NCBI RefSeq assembly: GCF_963921235.1
Contig: NC_086097.1
Coordinates: 234,424,001 to 234,488,000, forward strand
Origin: Mobula hypostoma
Lineage: Eukaryota
Direction: 5' to 3'
DNA: 64,000 nt
Shown here: positions 60,156-64,000 of the stretch, piece by piece
Numbering within the stretch: position 1 is the stretch's first letter
How the letters are laid out: every line of letters starts with the position of its first letter
The notes under the pieces: generated by a model
Database searches by the model: none
Seen by the model: only the letters and a program-made list of their open reading frames with translations
What the model was told of the DNA's origin: nothing
Made by a program: the position numbers and the translations under genes

Positions 60156-60497
60156 TTTATATTCTGTGTCATATAATGTGCGTGATTATGATCTTTCCAT
60201 GACCACGATTATTCTCGGCAAATTTTTCAACAGAAGTGGTTCGTCATTGCCTTCTTGTGATCAGTGTTTGACCCCAGCTGTAATCAGAGATTGTCTGCCT
60301 GGCATCAGTGGTCGCATAAACAGGAGTTGTGATATGCACCAGCTGTTCGTACGACCATGCACCATCTTGTCCTATGGTTTCATGTGACCCTGATCGGGGG
60401 CTAAGCAGATGCTACACCTTGCCCAAGGGTGACCTGCAGGCTAGTGAAGGGAAGAAGTGCCTTACACCTCCTTTGGTAGAGATGTATCTCCACCCTA
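60156..60497 (-). mobile_element. RTE-related non-autonomous element (same family as 46181-46508)
   Basis: Minus strand agggtggagatacatctctaccaaaggaggtgtaaggcac... and gaaggcaatgacgaaccacttctgttgaaaaatttgcc. Confidence 0.72.
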
Positions 60498-60549
60498 TAA
60501 AGAATATGAACGAATGTAAAAGTAAAAGAAAAGGATCTAGTGTTTTCCA

Positions 60550-61390
60550 GGCATATATGATGAATAAACTCTTCTCAGGCTTCCAACCGGCTACAGGTAT
60601 CAATTATGATTGACATTTTATTGACACACTCTATCATCTTCCTCAGGGATGACGCCTGGGTATGTTGAGTCTGTTGGTATTTATACCCCCTTAGTCCATC
60701 CATCCTTATTGTTTAGTTTTCATCCAATCAGGTTTCTGCTCTCCCAGCTTGTTTATAATTGAATTCCAGTTCTTACTTAGAGAGAGACCTTCATCTTTGT
60801 TAAAATTCTTCTCCTCCAGTTTTATTTCAATGGCTTCCTTTATCAGGCGGTCCCAAAAGCCACTGGCACAGCACAATAGTTTTGTGCAGTCGAGGTCAAA
60901 CCTATGGCCATTGCGAACGCAGTGTTCTGCTACCGCTGATTTCCCTGGGTAACCCTAACAGATACACTTCCTGTGCTTCTCAATGCAGGTTTCCAGCGTG
61001 CATCCCACCTGACCGATATACGCTGCTCCACATTCAGAGGGAATCTGTAAATCCTAACCTACCTGAGTCCCAGGTCACCTTTGACCCACATAAGCTGTGA
61101 TTTCAGCTTCCTTATGGGTTTGCAGATGGTATTAGTCTGGCATTTCTGATGGGTCCTGGTGATGCTTCCAGAAACCAATGAAATATAGGGAAGACAGGCG
61201 GTAGGGACAGGTTCCTCATCATTGTTAAGATTCCTGGGTTTTCTATCAGCTCTTTTAAGGGCCCATTTGATTTCCTGCACCTGTAGCCATTTTACAGGAA
61301 CATCGTGCGTAATCGTCTTATTTCCTCTAGGGGACTCTCCAGGTCTGAAACAGCTTTGATTAGGGTACCATTGATTTTTTGAACACACCC
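60550..61390 (-). mobile_element. Penelope-like element 3' part: RT thumb/linker, GIY-YIG endonuclease and pLTR with decayed hammerhead
   Basis: Manual translation: LPYISLVSGSITR...KPIRKL; IY/IPSECGAAYIGQ...EKHR...KSAVAEH...GHRFD...RLIKEAIEI...NKDEGLSLSKNW; CTGAGGA...AAAATGTC at 60608-60652. Confidence 0.88.
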
Positions 61391-61514
61391 TTACATCAAC
61401 ATACTTCCTCTGTAAGGGGAACTAATATGAATAAATATAAGGGGAATAAATATGAAGGATCAGCCATGATCAAATGGCCTAATTCTGCTCCTACGTCTTA
61501 TAGTCTAAACATTC

Positions 61515-61652
61515 GAAGTGGCCATGGGATCGCCCTTGTTACTGGCTATTGCTAATTTCTACAAGGAAGACTTTGAGGAGAGGGCTGAGTTCATCACCCT
61601 TATGTCCCAAATGCTTCCTCAGATACATTGATGACATCTTCGTAGATTGGCC
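61515..61652 (+). mobile_element. Penelope-like RT core fragment (inverted relative to 60550-61390)
   Basis: VAMGSPLLLAIANFYKEDFEERA / PKCFLRYIDDIFVDW (MGSP and YxDD motifs of PLE RT). Confidence 0.85.
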
Positions 61653-62027
61653 ATCACCAGTGCCTTATAAAGCCTCAGCATCATATCCTTGTTCTTATAT
61701 TCTAAACCTCTTGAAATGAATGCTAAATTTGCATTTGCCTTTCTTATCACCTGTGTAGCACTGGTCTTATTGCATGTGTCTAGTTGCTGCACTCTTTGAG
61801 AAAATCAAATTACATAGTACTACACTAGGCGCTAGTAGGCCTTTGTTACTCCAATTTCTCTAACTAATTAGATCTAGTGTACTTTCCTATTTAAACGTTT
61901 ACAGACTATACTTTCCTTTTTATTTATCCCTAGTTAGTTAGAAAACCAAATATAATTCCTATTCTAAAGTATTATAGTTAACTTCAGTTTCAGTTCAAGG
62001 TAGTATATCTATAAGTTTAAATTCAAA

Positions 62028-63015
62028 TTAGAACATAGATAGAACATAGAATAGTACAGCACAGTGCAGGCCCTTCAGCCCACAATGTTGTGCCGAACCT
62101 TAAACCCTGCCTTCCATATACACCCCCCCCCACCTTAAATTCCTCTATATACCTGTCTAGTAGTCTCTTAAATTTAGCTAGTGTATCTGCCTCCACCACT
62201 GACTCAGGCAATGCATTCCATGCACCAACCACTCTCTGAGTAAAAAACCTTCCTCTAATATCCACCTTGAACTTCCCACCCCTTACCTTAGAGCCATGTC
62301 CTCTTGTATTGAGCAGTGGTGCCCTGGGGAAGAGGCACTGGCTGTCCACTCTATCTATTCCTCTTAAAATCTTGTATACCTCTATCATGTCTCCTCTCAT
62401 TCTCCTTCTCTACAAAGAGTAAAGCCCTAGCTCCCTTAATCTCTGATCACAATGCATACTTTCTAAACCAGGCAGCACCTTGGTAATCTCCTCTGTACCC
62501 TTTCCAATGCTTCCACATCCTTCCTATAGTGAGGTGACCAGAACTGGACACAGTACTCCAAGTGTGGCCTAACCAGAGTTTTATAGAGCTGCATCATTAC
62601 ATCGCAACTCTTAAACTTTATCCCGTGACTAATGAAAGCTAACACCCCATAAGCTTTCTTAACTACCCTATCCACCTGTGAGGCAACTTTCAGGGATCTG
62701 TGGACATGTACCCCGAGATCCCTCTGCTCCTCCACACTACCATTTACTGTGTACTCTGCCTTGGAGTTTGTCCTTCCAAAGTGTACCACCTCACACTTCT
62801 TCGGATTGAACTCCATCTGCCACTTCTCAGCCCACATCTACGTCCTATCAATGTCTCTCTGCAATCTCCGACAATCCTCCACACTATCTACAACAGCACC
62901 AACCTTTGTGTCATCTGTAAACTTGCCAACCCACCCTTCTACCCACACATCCAGGTCGTTAATAAAAATCACAAAAAGTAGAGGTCCCAGAAGTGAACCT
63001 CGTGGGACACCACTA
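62028..63015 (-). mobile_element. CR1 LINE 3' part
   Basis: SGVPRGSLLGPLLFVIFINDL, FTDDTKVG, LVRPHLEYCVQFWSP; tagaacatagatagaacatagaa tail. Confidence 0.95.
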
Positions 63016-63372
63016 CTTATCACTAGTCATCCCTGCCAGTACCTCCTTCCAATTTACTTTGGCCAGCTGTTCTCTCATACCATTGTAATTTCCATTACTC
63101 CACTGAAATACTACTACATCAGACTTTACCTTCTCCCTATCCAATTTCAAGTTGAACTCAATTATATTGTGATCACAGACTTCTAAGGATCCATTTACTT
63201 TAAGCTCCCTAATCACCTCTGGTTCATTACATAACACCCAATCCAGTATAGCTGATCCCTCAGTAAGCTCAATGACAAACTGCTCTAAAAAGCCATCTCA
63301 TAGGCCTTCAACAAACCCACTTTCTTGAGGTCCATTTCCACCCTGATTTTCCCAATCGACCTGCATGTTGGA
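63016..63372 (-). mobile_element. CR1 endonuclease-region fragment
   Basis: LCNEPEVIRELKVNGSLEVCDHNIIEFNL...YNGMREQLAKVNW. Confidence 0.8.
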
Positions 63373-63389
63373 ATAGATCTCTCACAGAT

Positions 63390-64000
63390 CTTTCAGTGGT
63401 TGAGCATCTGGGGGACAGTGACCACTGCTCCCTGGCCTTTAGCATTATGATGGAAAAGGATAGAATCAGAGAGGCCAGGAAAATTCTTAATTGGGGTAGG
63501 GCAAATTATGAGGCTATAAGGCTAGAACTTGCGGGTGTGAATTGGGATGATGTTTTTGCAGGGAAATGTACTGTGGACATGTGGTCGATGTTTCGGGATC
63601 TCTTGTGGGATGTTAGGGATAAATTTGTCCCAGTGAGGAAGATAAAGAATGATAGGGTGAAGGAACTGTGGGTGACAAGTGAGGTGGAAAATCTAGTCAG
63701 GTGGAAGAAGGCATCATACATGAAGTTCAGGAAGCAAGGATCAGATGGGTCTATTGAGGAATGTAAGAAAGGCAAGAAAGGAGCTTAAGAAGGGGCTGAG
63801 AAGAGCAAGAAGGGGACTTGAGAAAGCCTTGGCGAATAGGGTAAAGGAAAACCCCAAGGCATTCTTCAACGATGTGAAGAACAAAAGGATGACAGGAGTG
63901 AAGGTAGGACCAATTAGAGATAAAGCTAGGAAGATGTGCCTGGAGGTTGTGGAAGTGAGCGAGGTCCTCAATGAATACCTCTCTTCGGTATTCACCAATG
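63390..64000 (+). mobile_element. CR1 ORF2 fragment (end of endonuclease to linker), runs off window
   Basis: EHLGDSDHCSLAF...NWGRANYEAIRLELAGVNW; KENPKAFF; VLNEYLSSVFT. Confidence 0.9.

Overview
Eukaryotic, vertebrate-type genomic DNA that is mostly transposable-element relics. The repeat mix suggests a cartilaginous fish (ray or shark), which is an inference: many CR1 LINE subfamilies, Rex1/Babar LINEs, V-domain and CORE-like tRNA SINEs, Penelope-like elements, R4/Dong, Tc1/mariner, hAT and a Gypsy relic. There are no prokaryotic operons, CRISPR arrays, rRNA or true tRNA genes. Almost all listed ORFs are TE fragments or their antisense shadows. One 154-bp candidate host exon lies on the minus strand (59353-59506), so the window may be largely intronic. 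The most striking signal is a dispersed non-coding Penelope-type element carrying a minimal type I hammerhead ribozyme. It recurs as head-to-head inverted pairs, including a young ~760-bp palindrome (5253-6011) with a TSD-like flank, one intact ribozyme core and one G12A copy. A degraded coding Penelope (GIY-YIG, RT, own hammerhead) lies at 60550-61652. Other notable points: two R4/Dong copies both sitting in the A/T-rich tract of Rex/Babar 3' tails; a young inverted CR1 pair sharing a frameshift; two CR1 5' ends fused tail-to-tail; a multi-TIR mariner foldback MITE; and an HDV-ribozyme-like fold at the head of RTE-related SINEs. Boundaries are read by eye and are approximate unless exact motifs are quoted.
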